Of a stretch of 28,158 nucleotides of DNA, positions 7,130-16,102 are shown piece after piece. Position 1 is the stretch's first letter; each line of letters starts with the position of its first letter. The DNA is from a virus. Its lineage: Duplodnaviria > Caudoviricetes. The stretch is taken from the IMG/VR virus record IMGVR_UViG_3300046779_000733, positions 1-28,158 of that record; one strand, given 5' to 3'. The notes under the pieces are model-generated. The model had not been told where the DNA came from. It did not search any database and saw nothing but the letters and a program-made list of their open reading frames with translations. The translations under genes were made by a program, and so were the position numbers.

Positions 7130-10087
7130 TTATGGAGCTTTATATGCACCTACTGCTTCTTTTCTAGCTACTGCATAATTCTTTCTAGCTGCTGATAATA
7201 AGTTTGCATTTAATTTAGTTCCATTTATGTTTATAGGTCTATCAAATTCAGCTGCACTAACTTCTAATAATTGTTTAAGGAATCCCGAACTCATTCCCAA
7301 TAATGCAACCATTTCAGTTTGCAATCTTGTCTGATATTGAACGTCATTTAATACTAATGATGGTTTTGTTGAAACTGCCGCTGCTACTTTTGCAGGAGCT
7401 TTGCTTGCTGAACTTCCACCTTTTGGATTTGCACCACCAATAACACCCGCTTCTTTTAAATCTCTTGCAGCTAACATCGCATCTATACCAATGGATGCGG
7501 CAGTTCCACCGCCAGGAATCATAGATGCTCCACCACTAGCTACTTCCAATGCTGCACCGGAATAATCACCTGCCATTGCTCTTTGGCCTGCGAATACCAA
7601 ACCAGCAGCCAATCCTAAAAATGGTATTTTTTTAATTAAAGATTTTCCTAATGTTTTTGCCGCCGTTTTTGCTACAACTTTTTCCGTAGCTTTTACTGCA
7701 ACTTTCTCAACTGCCTTTGTAGTAGTTTTTTCTGCTAGTTTAGTAGTTGCTTTTGATGTTAATTTTGCAGTTGCTTTTTCAGTTGCCTTTGTAGTTGCTT
7801 TTTCAACTCCTTTTTTTGAAAATATATTTTTTACTTTATCAAACAGTTTATTACCCGCAGAGTTTTGAAGTTTTTCAAGTGGTCCTCCATCAACAATAGT
7901 AACAGGGGTTGGTTTGTTTCCAAATATCTTTTTACCTAAAAAATTACCAATAAGTCCTCCACCGATTGCACCTGCTGCGGTTAAAACATTTTCACTAAAT
8001 GAACGTTTTATACCTAATTTAGCTTCTTCCGCTGCAAGTCTAATTGCATCGGCACTTTGAATAAATTTATTTTCTTCTGCAAGATTTAATTTCTCTTCTA
8101 ATTTTTGTTGATTTATTAAGAATGCTTGATATTTGGCATATGCAGGTGATTTTAAATATGAATTGGTTATTTCCGCTTCTATTTTTGCCTGGTCTTTTTG
8201 TTGTTGTAATAAATTCTTTTGGTATTGTTTATATCCATCCGATTCTAAATACGCTTTTGTTATCTGACCTGATAATTTTGCATCTATAATTGCCGTTTGT
8301 GCAGAAATAGATGCCTGTTGTGCTGCTAATGTAGATTGCGCAGATTGTGTTGCTGATAAAAATCCTTTATTACCACCTTTTACATTTCCTGTCTGTGCAC
8401 TTACATCTTTGGCATTACCGGTTGCAATCTTTTGTAATGAATCCAAATCCAATCCTCCCAATGCTTTTGAAAGTGATTCTTGTTGGAACATATTCATTTT
8501 AGAAGGGTCTAAACCTTGTGCTTTAATAGATTTTAAAGCATCATCGGTTTTACCTTGTGCAAATAGAGCACGTGCTTCTGATAGGTTTACATTTCTACCT
8601 AACATTGCCGATAATTCCATTTCGTTTTTGATACTATCTTTATAGTTCAAAACCATACTTTTACCTGCTTTGGCAACATCGTTAAATGAAACTCCTAATT
8701 GTTGTGCATAAGCAACTTGTTTTTGTAATGCAGGACCCGATTTAATTTGGTATCCTAATGCTTCTTTGGATGCACTTGCAACTTCCTCCATCAAACCACC
8801 TAAGTCTATGTTTGCAGAGTCTGCCATTGCTCGCATACCCTCAACCATATTTAATGCAGTTCCGGCTGAAACTTTGTTTGCTCTTTTAAAGAACGATACC
8901 ATACTTGATATATTATCAGATGAAGCACCTGTTCTTTTTTCCAATACTGCCATATCAGCGGCTATTTCAGAAGAAACTTTATTACCCAATGCTTTTGATG
9001 CCGCTGATAACGAAGATGCTACATTTTCTGCACCCACACCTGCCAATTGCATTTGTGCCGCACCGTATCCTATTGAACCTAAACTTTTTCCAAAAAGTGC
9101 AGTTTTTGCAGCAGCTTGGAATTCTGCTGCACCAGTTTGCATTTGTGCAGAAAATTGAATTGCGGCTCTTTGGGAAGCATGTGCAGCATCAATTGTTAAT
9201 CGATTTACCTCATTGGCAGTATCTATACTATTTTGGTTTACTTCTAAACCTATCTGTTTACTTACAAACGCCTTTTTATTGTCAAGTTTTGAAAGTTCAT
9301 TAAAATTATCTATATTATTTTGATGAATTTCCAAAGCTGCTCTTTGCTTTATGAAACCTTGTTTATTATCAAGTTTTGCAAGTTGTCTTTGTGCACTTAT
9401 ATTATTTTGTGCAGCATCGTTTGCTGCCTTTATAGCAGCATCCATTTCTGCACCAAAATACTTTGTTGCCAATGCACCAGCAGCTGCACCTAATGCAGTT
9501 AATGCAATTTTTGCTGCCTCTGCATTTTTTCCAGCATTTTTTATAACATCGGCAAATTCATTCATTAGTGGAATACCTGATGAACCTAAATGGTCTAATG
9601 CGGTATCCATATAACCAATTTTTTTAGCAGTTTCATCAACTGCCTTGCCAAATGATTGCATCTCAGTTTTCATAGATGCAATAGTATCTCTTAATGCTTT
9701 ATTTTCTTTACCAGTTAATTTAGCACCTTTTCTTGCTTTATTAAACTCTTCTGTTATTTGAGATACTGTTTTTTTGTATCCTTGTGCACTAATGTTTCCT
9801 TCTTTGTAATCTTTTAGTGCTTTTGCTTGAATACTCTGTGCTTTTGCCCAAGCATCTATTGTTTTTTGAACCTTTGAAACCTGGTCTTTTGATAAATTAT
9901 TACTTACAGTTAATGACTTATTTATACCATCAAGAACTTGTTTTTGAGCTTCTAATCTTTTATTGGCAGCAGCATACAACGCATCTCTTTTTTTAAGATT
10001 TGCAGTTTCAGCAGCAAATACACTTTCTAACCCAGAGGTATTAAGTGGAGCATTTGTATTAGTATTAGGAGCTTGCTTTTTTGCCAT
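7130..10087 (-). CDS. Tail tape measure protein
   Basis: 985-aa Ala/Lys/Gln-rich helical protein downstream of tube and chaperone; C-terminal KSLIKKIPFLGLAAG...GDYSGAALEVASG resembles T4-like gp29-type regulators. Confidence 0.85.
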   Translation of the reverse strand: MAKKQAPNTNTNAPLNTSGLESVFAAETANLKKRDALYAAANKRLEAQKQVLDGINKSLTVSNNLSKDQVSKVQKTIDAWAKAQSIQAKALKDYKEGNISAQGYKKTVSQITEEFNKARKGAKLTGKENKALRDTIASMKTEMQSFGKAVDETAKKIGYMDTALDHLGSSGIPLMNEFADVIKNAGKNAEAAKIALTALGAAAGALATKYFGAEMDAAIKAANDAAQNNISAQRQLAKLDNKQGFIKQRAALEIHQNNIDNFNELSKLDNKKAFVSKQIGLEVNQNSIDTANEVNRLTIDAAHASQRAAIQFSAQMQTGAAEFQAAAKTALFGKSLGSIGYGAAQMQLAGVGAENVASSLSAASKALGNKVSSEIAADMAVLEKRTGASSDNISSMVSFFKRANKVSAGTALNMVEGMRAMADSANIDLGGLMEEVASASKEALGYQIKSGPALQKQVAYAQQLGVSFNDVAKAGKSMVLNYKDSIKNEMELSAMLGRNVNLSEARALFAQGKTDDALKSIKAQGLDPSKMNMFQQESLSKALGGLDLDSLQKIATGNAKDVSAQTGNVKGGNKGFLSATQSAQSTLAAQQASISAQTAIIDAKLSGQITKAYLESDGYKQYQKNLLQQQKDQAKIEAEITNSYLKSPAYAKYQAFLINQQKLEEKLNLAEENKFIQSADAIRLAAEEAKLGIKRSFSENVLTAAGAIGGGLIGNFLGKKIFGNKPTPVTIVDGGPLEKLQNSAGNKLFDKVKNIFSKKGVEKATTKATEKATAKLTSKATTKLAEKTTTKAVEKVAVKATEKVVAKTAAKTLGKSLIKKIPFLGLAAGLVFAGQRAMAGDYSGAALEVASGGASMIPGGGTAASIGIDAMLAARDLKEAGVIGGANPKGGSSASKAPAKVAAAVSTKPSLVLNDVQYQTRLQTEMVALLGMSSGFLKQLLEVSAAEFDRPININGTKLNANLLSAARKNYAVARKEAVGAYKAP

Positions 10088-10092
10088 TTAGA

Positions 10093-10338
10093 TTATGGAT
10101 TCTTTTTAATGAATGTGTCGATATCGGTAGTATCAACTCCTTTACTTTTCATAAGAGTTTGTGTATTTTTTAACACATCGTTCATGGAGTCATTCCAATC
10201 AGACCAAACACCTGCCAATTCAGGGTCTTCTTTACGCAATCTATGCAACCAATCTGTTTCTTTATTTTGAGATTTTGCTTTTAAAAATAGATTGAAGAAT
10301 TTATCTAAAACCCCCTCTGATAATAATCTTTTAGACAT
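10093..10338 (-). CDS. Small hypothetical protein between chaperone and tape measure
   Basis: 81-aa helical ORF with its own ATATTTATA motif. Confidence 0.7.
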   Translation of the reverse strand: MSKRLLSEGVLDKFFNLFLKAKSQNKETDWLHRLRKEDPELAGVWSDWNDSMNDVLKNTQTLMKSKGVDTTDIDTFIKKNP

Positions 10339-10364
10339 AATTGTGTTTTAATTTATATTACTCA

Positions 10365-10373
10365 TATAAATAT
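10365..10373 (-). promoter_or_regulatory. Putative late promoter motif ATATTTATA
   Basis: Exact motif 26 nt upstream of ATG at 10338. Confidence 0.65.
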
Positions 10374-10600
10374 CATCTTCTTCGAGTTTTAGATGAATTA
10401 GTTGTATTTTGATTTCTACTTTTTTCTATCGTCTCTCGTTCACCCTCTTTTGTTTTAAGTAATTCTTTCCAATAAAACTCACGAAGTTTAGTTGGCATGA
10501 AATACAAATCATGCCAATTAAACCCACCATTTGAGTGATACACCATTTGAAAAATGGTTTCGTGTAATATAATAGAGTAATTAATCGGCAGGGTAAAAAA
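10373..10600 (-). CDS. Probable frameshift extension of the tail assembly chaperone (gp51-like / lambda GT analogue), not in ORF track
   Basis: +1 frame from the T7 run reads FFTLPINYSIILHETIFQMVYHSNGGFNWHDLYFMPTKLREFYWKELLKTKEGE...RRR*; internal ATG at 10546 would give 57 aa. Confidence 0.7.
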   Translation of the reverse strand, partial: FFTLPINYSIILHETIFQMVYHSNGGFNWHDLYFMPTKLREFYWKELLKTKEGERETIEKSRNQNTTNSSKTRRR

Positions 10601-11393
10601 AGTCTATCCCAAATGGGATACGGAGAGCCTCCGTCTCACCTGCTGAATTTTCATAATCAAATGTCAAGTCCAAATCAGGTGTTAATTCAGAAATTACTTT
10701 TCGTAATGCTTTTGAATCTGCTGCTAATAACCTGTTTGCTACAAAATTACTAATAGTACCTAAATCCCTATTACCATCAACTTCTACAATCATTCTTCTA
10801 TATCTTGCAGTGATTTCGTTTCCTTGCTTTGTAACTTTCTCACTTGCTTCAACATCTTTCTGAATTGCAAGCTCATCACCATGAGTAAGTAATTTAAATT
10901 TTATTGATGTTTTTGATTTTGGTAAAACAAATTCAAATTCATTGTTTCTATTTAATAATGATTCATCTACTTCTTTTGTTTTCAATTTAGATAAATCTAC
11001 TTTTGTAATAACATCTTCACCTGAAATAGGGTCTGTTACCGTTACATCATATTCAGAACCAAATGCCAACATTCTCGTAATAATAAGAATTGCATTTTTA
11101 TCACCAATTAAAAGGTCGTTGATATTAACACCAGGTTCTACAACTACTGATTCTAATAATTTATCCATATGAATACCTTTACGAATTAAATTAGATGATG
11201 TAAGAATATCTTCTTCTTTTGCTGTCATCAATTTAATTGTAATTTCACCTTTTGCAAGTGGGTGGTTTTCTGGATAACATAATCCTTTTGATGGTAATGA
11301 GATAACTTCCGTTGCGAATGGAAAATTTTTTGTAGTTTGTGCAGGAGTTACTCCTAAACCTCTTGTAACTTGTTGTTCTAATTCTTGTTCCAT
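10581..11393 (-). CDS. Baseplate-hub/tail assembly chaperone (T4 gp26-like)
   Basis: ISLPSKG...IKLMTAKEEDIL...LLIGDKNAILI..R...FG.EY...LPKSK..IKFKLLT; ends DFFYP; follows the tube gene. Confidence 0.8.
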   Translation of the reverse strand: MEQELEQQVTRGLGVTPAQTTKNFPFATEVISLPSKGLCYPENHPLAKGEITIKLMTAKEEDILTSSNLIRKGIHMDKLLESVVVEPGVNINDLLIGDKNAILIITRMLAFGSEYDVTVTDPISGEDVITKVDLSKLKTKEVDESLLNRNNEFEFVLPKSKTSIKFKLLTHGDELAIQKDVEASEKVTKQGNEITARYRRMIVEVDGNRDLGTISNFVANRLLAADSKALRKVISELTPDLDLTFDYENSAGETEALRIPFGIDFFYPAD

Positions 11394-11436
11394 ATTAAAA
11401 TATAACTTTGTGTTTAATAATATATATCACATTTTT

Positions 11437-11472
11437 AAAAAAACAAAGGGGAAACATTGCTGCTTCCCCTTT
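11437..11472 (-). terminator. Rho-independent terminator after tail tube
   Basis: AAAGGGGAAGCA-GCAA-TGTTTCCCCTTT hairpin (GNRA loop) followed by GTTTTTTT. Confidence 0.85.
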
Positions 11473-11499
11473 TATATTTAAGAGTTTAACTATTAGAGA

Positions 11500-11988
11500 T
11501 TAGTATTCAAGTATAGCGTAATCGTAAGTTAAAGTTAATTCAATTGATAATGGGTCGTTTGATGCCCAATCTAATTCACCAAAGTTTGCAGATGAAATAA
11601 ATGCTCCCTTTAATGTCCATTGTTCTACTTTATCACCAACTGGTCCTAATAGATAGAAAGTAATATCTTTCTTATAGAATGCAGAGTATCCATCTCTACC
11701 TGTTAATGATTCATGTGAACTTCTTACCCACTCCATCACTTGTTGTGCTCCTGATGGAACAATTGGGTCATAAAGTGTGATGTTAATATCATCCCAAGTA
11801 GATTTTCCTTTAATTTTTCTCTTTACGTTGATGTGGTCTAATTCAACAACTTCTGATGTAAATGTTGGTCTACTTGCAGTTTTGATAATGTATGACTCTA
11901 TACCATTGATTTCCATGATGAATCTATTCCCTAATTTAGGTTCAAAATTCTTATAGAACATCTTGTCAAACTCTAATATTTCTGGCAT
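11500..11988 (-). CDS. Tail tube protein (T4 gp19-like)
   Basis: FEPK..NRF...RP......HIN..RKIKGK.TW.DI.ITLYDPI...MEW...W.LKGAF......LDW...I.LTL.YDYA; follows sheath. Confidence 0.93.
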   Translation of the reverse strand: MPEILEFDKMFYKNFEPKLGNRFIMEINGIESYIIKTASRPTFTSEVVELDHINVKRKIKGKSTWDDINITLYDPIVPSGAQQVMEWVRSSHESLTGRDGYSAFYKKDITFYLLGPVGDKVEQWTLKGAFISSANFGELDWASNDPLSIELTLTYDYAILEY

Positions 11989-12015
11989 TTCTTTTGTATT
12001 TAAATGTTATTCTTC

Positions 12016-12024
12016 TATAAATAT
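12016..12024 (-). promoter_or_regulatory. Putative late promoter motif ATATTTATA
   Basis: Exact motif 27 nt upstream of tube ATG. Confidence 0.65.
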
Positions 12025-12036
12025 CTAATTTTTTAA

Positions 12037-14271
12037 TTATCCGTTAAATGCGGCACCAGTTGGTAAAATGTTGAAGTCAATTTGAATGAATTCAGCAGTT
12101 TTAGTTGGTTGTAAGTAGATAGCTCCTTTCATAATGTTTCTATCAATTACATCTGGTGTGTTGTTAGAATTATCCATCACTACTTTGAATGCGTAAAGTC
12201 CTTGTCTTTGTTGAATTGCTTCTAAGTAAGGGTTTACAATGTTTAAGAATCTATTTCTAGTTTCAGCAGTATTTTGTTCGAATACTAAATATCTCGAAGT
12301 AGATGCGATGTATTTTCTAACAGTCAATAATAATCTTCTTACGTTAATTCTATCCAATGCAGATGGTTTATCTTGTAATGTCTTTTGTCCGAACACTACG
12401 ATACCTTGTCCTGGGAACTGAACGATTGGGTTTACTTTTGCTTCGTATAATGTATCCTTTTCAGATTGAGTTAAACGATTTTGAACAGATACTGCTCCAA
12501 TCAATCCACCTCTATTTAAACCTGCCGGTGCAAACCATTCAGCTGCTACTCTATCGTTAGAAGCAAATACTCCTGGTAACAATACAGATGGTGGAACAGA
12601 AATCAATTTGTTTGTGTTTACATCAATTGTTTTTACCCAAGGGTAGTAAGTTGCTGCGTAGTTAGAATCAATTGCTTCTGCCTGTGTTACTGCTTGTGCG
12701 ATTGAGTCTGAATAAGCATTTGTGTCCATAATGTAGAAACAATCACTTCTCTCTTCAACCATATCCAAAACATCAGTTGTTACGGATGGGTGTAATCTTC
12801 TAATAACACCAGGAGTTACAACCATATTGATGTCAAATTCGTCTGCGTTTGATAATGCTGCAATTGCTTTACCGTATGCTACCGAACCACTTGCAGTTGC
12901 CGATGATAAGTTAAATCCTTGTGAGTTTCCTTCTACAATATCAGTTCCTTTGTAGATTGGAGTTGCAGGATTCATACCATCAAAACCTTCTTGGAATGTT
13001 ACGATGAATTGTGCAGATGTTGAACCAACTGTTAATGAACCACCGTTTGATGCATCTAATCCAAATGCACTATTCTCACCTACACCTGCTCCTGTTGGAA
13101 TTGGTTTAGCGTAAATTGCGTTATCTGTATTACCATCTAAGTCAATACCACCATATTGTGCAGTAGAACCTGTGATGTAAGTTACTTCTGGAATCAATGC
13201 TCCAACTGCTGCTGATGCAGAAACTGGTAATGTATAAGCTCCGTGTCCAAAAGGAACTGCTTGTACCGGTGCAGATTCGTTTAAGTTTGCAATTCTAATA
13301 TATTTTGAGTTATTCACCCAATCACCTGTTTCTGAAATTTTACCCGCTGCATCAATTGATAATTTTCTATCACCGATTACTCTACTGATAAAGTTAGGAG
13401 AATTAGGGTCTAAGTTAATGTTTGAATAAGTTTCTAATACAACTTTCTTTTTGTTAGTATCTGTATATTGTCTTACTGTTAAAGTAAATGTACCATAATC
13501 AGTTCCACTTACAGTTCCTGCTGCTTTGATATTAGAAATACCAATTTTAACTTTTGTATTTGCAGAGTTACCAACACCTAATGTTTCAACTTTAAATAAG
13601 TTATATCTATCACCCGAAATTGTTTGTGATTGAATGTATGGTGTGATTGCCTCTTGTGCATCAAATGCAAATGATTGGTTTCCTAATACAGTTACCGAAG
13701 CAGATGCATGAGAAGTAAATGTAATTGAAGAGTTCTTAAAGAATGCATATGAGTAAGCAGTTTTTGCTCCTAATGCAGATGTTCCAAATACTGCCTCAAT
13801 ATCATTTGTATCAGATGAATCCAAAGATGCAGTTAAATCTAAACTACCACTATTAGTGTGTAGGATAAAATCACCGTTTCCTGAACCAGTTACGTTAGCA
13901 CCATATAAACCCGCATTTGAGTTTGTTGATGTATTGAATAAGATACCTAATGATTGTGATACTGCTCCCGAAGTTGCAGTTAATAATAAAGGAGCAGTTT
14001 CGATGTATCCACCAATACCTGCAATTCTTGCGATTGTTGCAGTTCCTGCCTCTCTTAAATATGATTGTACTGCTAATGGTGTGTAGTATGTATCATCAAC
14101 TGTTCCAAAAAGAGTTTCGAATTCTGTTTGAGAATTTACGATTGTTGGAACGATTGGTCCTTCTTTGAAAGGTCCGATGAATGCTGCACCAATATCAGCT
14201 ACACCTTGTTGTAAAAATGATAGGTCGTTTTCTTTTGTAAAAACACCTGGTGATACTATTTTGTCTGCCAT
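12037..14271 (-). CDS. Contractile tail sheath protein (T4 gp18-like)
   Basis: SPGVFTKEND N-terminus; YYPWV, WFAPAGLNRG, VNPI..FPGQG..VFGQKTL...SALDRINVRRLL, VFEQN, LQPTKTAEFI. Confidence 0.96.
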   Translation of the reverse strand: MADKIVSPGVFTKENDLSFLQQGVADIGAAFIGPFKEGPIVPTIVNSQTEFETLFGTVDDTYYTPLAVQSYLREAGTATIARIAGIGGYIETAPLLLTATSGAVSQSLGILFNTSTNSNAGLYGANVTGSGNGDFILHTNSGSLDLTASLDSSDTNDIEAVFGTSALGAKTAYSYAFFKNSSITFTSHASASVTVLGNQSFAFDAQEAITPYIQSQTISGDRYNLFKVETLGVGNSANTKVKIGISNIKAAGTVSGTDYGTFTLTVRQYTDTNKKKVVLETYSNINLDPNSPNFISRVIGDRKLSIDAAGKISETGDWVNNSKYIRIANLNESAPVQAVPFGHGAYTLPVSASAAVGALIPEVTYITGSTAQYGGIDLDGNTDNAIYAKPIPTGAGVGENSAFGLDASNGGSLTVGSTSAQFIVTFQEGFDGMNPATPIYKGTDIVEGNSQGFNLSSATASGSVAYGKAIAALSNADEFDINMVVTPGVIRRLHPSVTTDVLDMVEERSDCFYIMDTNAYSDSIAQAVTQAEAIDSNYAATYYPWVKTIDVNTNKLISVPPSVLLPGVFASNDRVAAEWFAPAGLNRGGLIGAVSVQNRLTQSEKDTLYEAKVNPIVQFPGQGIVVFGQKTLQDKPSALDRINVRRLLLTVRKYIASTSRYLVFEQNTAETRNRFLNIVNPYLEAIQQRQGLYAFKVVMDNSNNTPDVIDRNIMKGAIYLQPTKTAEFIQIDFNILPTGAAFNG

Positions 14272-14305
14272 TTTAATGCTAAATTTAAAAATTTTATTAT
14301 CTCAT

Positions 14306-14314
14306 TATAAATAT
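14306..14314 (-). promoter_or_regulatory. Putative late promoter motif ATATTTATA
   Basis: Exact motif 34 nt upstream of sheath ATG. Confidence 0.65.
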
Positions 14315-14340
14315 AAAAATTATTTTCAAAACATCAAATG

Positions 14341-16092
14341 TTATTTATATGATGGTGAGAAATAATCATATACTTGTCCAATTTCAGTTGAAGTCAATTG
14401 TCTGTTATAGAATAATACAGGTCCTAAATGACTAGTTAGAGTGTATGCATTCTGTTCACCTCCTATTTGGATTGCTGCAAATGTTTGATAATCCAACGAA
14501 CCATTTGATATAGTTCCACTTGCAGTTTTATCAATATATCCAACATTAGTTCCATTTAACTTTGCAGTATAAGAAATCATATACCAAGTATTGGTAGATA
14601 ATGCAGTAAATGTACTATTATACTGCAATATTGATTCATGAATAGCATAAGTACCGGCACCATCAGTAGAACGTAAAAATAATCCCCACAATCTAGTTGA
14701 AGGTGGTACTGCTTTTTTACCCATTATTTGATAATAGCCAGTTGATAAATGCGATGGTAATCTAACCCATGCAATTACTGTCATTTCTGATGCATTGAAA
14801 TTAGTATATCCACCATTTATGTTAGTTGTGTCATCTTTGTACCAAAATGAATTACTACTACCAACAAAATATTTTTCTTTTCTACTTGCTCCTGCATTAT
14901 ATGATGGATTGCCTCCACTAAATCCTGCTGCATTTGATACACCTGCCGGTCTAACACCTGTTCCATATCCACTCAAATCCAACCAATCAGTTGTTGGTGT
15001 TCCAGTTGCCGGTAATGTACCACCTGGGAAAGAAGATGCTTTTGATGGGTCTAAATACATTCTCAATCCAGATGATGGAATGTATGGTTGTGTAGTTGTT
15101 CCTTTATTATGAGAAATTACACCATTTGCCAAATAAACGTCGGCATTCTCTACGTTGATTGTTACAATTTCAATATCTTGATTTATAATTCCAATATCAG
15201 TTACTTCAACTTCAACTAAACCATCTGCATCTGTATATGTAACAACTTTATCACCTATAACAATATCCTGTATAGTTTTAAAGTGATATTTGTTTATTTC
15301 AACATCATATACCCAAAGAGGGTGTGTTCCAGTTGCTTTAATTAAACCACCATTTAATTCATAATATCCACTTGCAAAGTTAAATGTAATATCACTAACA
15401 ACTACATCTTGTGATTGACCATCAGATTCTTCCAACATATAGAATCTCCAATCTAAATTTTCTGATTCTGCATCTTGTGATTCATCGGGCAATCCTGCTG
15501 GCACCCATGCTTTTATTCTATCCCCAACAACCAAATCTTCAACATTCAATTCTGTTCCAGATGCAGTTGTTACTTTTGTTCCAAATAATAAACAAAAATC
15601 AGGTTGGTTAATCGTATTATAGACATCAACCGCATATAAAGTTTTTGTAGTTGGTACTCCGTAATTTGTTGCTGCCAAATTATACCCATCTGCATATTGC
15701 ATTGTTAAAACAGAAGATGCTTCCGAATATGTGGATGCTGCAATAGATGCCGGTGTTAAAGGAACTACGGTAGGACCTGTTGAATATGTTCTTGTACCTG
15801 GTGAAAAGTTTGCATTACTAAATGAGCAAGTGTAGTTGTTCGTAACTTGCTGAACTTTTGAATAAAATAAAGAACCAGTAGATGTAAATGAAAATTGTGC
15901 ATTTTCTGTTGTTGATTCTACAATATATGTATATGTTGGAACTGTTACGGTAACCGCATCAGTTGCAAATCCAAGCAAGGAGGAGTTATTAGTTGCTCCA
16001 CTCAAACCACCCAATGAAACTGCCTGCGAAGTTCTTGCTGAACCACTTACTGCTCTGTATAAATTTCCTAATGATAAATTAGTTCTTGCCAT
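14341..16092 (-). CDS. Virion protein with Hint (bacterial intein-like) domain and C-terminal LamG/concanavalin-A-like domain
   Basis: CLLFGTKV...VEDLVVGDRI...ATGTHPLWV...INVENADVYLANGVISHN; then GLRMYLDP...WLDLSG...TVIAWV...WYMISYT...IG...FYNRQLTSTEI.QVY. Confidence 0.85.
   Translation of the reverse strand: MARTNLSLGNLYRAVSGSARTSQAVSLGGLSGATNNSSLLGFATDAVTVTVPTYTYIVESTTENAQFSFTSTGSLFYSKVQQVTNNYTCSFSNANFSPGTRTYSTGPTVVPLTPASIAASTYSEASSVLTMQYADGYNLAATNYGVPTTKTLYAVDVYNTINQPDFCLLFGTKVTTASGTELNVEDLVVGDRIKAWVPAGLPDESQDAESENLDWRFYMLEESDGQSQDVVVSDITFNFASGYYELNGGLIKATGTHPLWVYDVEINKYHFKTIQDIVIGDKVVTYTDADGLVEVEVTDIGIINQDIEIVTINVENADVYLANGVISHNKGTTTQPYIPSSGLRMYLDPSKASSFPGGTLPATGTPTTDWLDLSGYGTGVRPAGVSNAAGFSGGNPSYNAGASRKEKYFVGSSNSFWYKDDTTNINGGYTNFNASEMTVIAWVRLPSHLSTGYYQIMGKKAVPPSTRLWGLFLRSTDGAGTYAIHESILQYNSTFTALSTNTWYMISYTAKLNGTNVGYIDKTASGTISNGSLDYQTFAAIQIGGEQNAYTLTSHLGPVLFYNRQLTSTEIGQVYDYFSPSYK
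15106..15594 (-). other. Hint/BIL autoprocessing domain (Cys167 to Asn329)
   Basis: Block A Cys, block B TxxH, terminal His-Asn followed by Lys; no endonuclease insert. Confidence 0.85.
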
Positions 16093-16102
16093 TTTTTATG
16101 TA

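Noticed and set aside
11415-11430. Late motif upstream of the chaperone gene
   Set aside because: Only a degenerate ATATATATTA in AT-rich sequence; plausible after the terminator but not supportable
3163-14271. Bacterial tailocin, eCIS or T6SS locus
   Set aside because: Tape measure, early-gene cassette, putative late promoter and absence of host genes fit a lytic phage better, although no capsid gene is in the window
15106-15594. Mobile canonical intein
   Set aside because: No homing endonuclease, and the +1 residue is Lys
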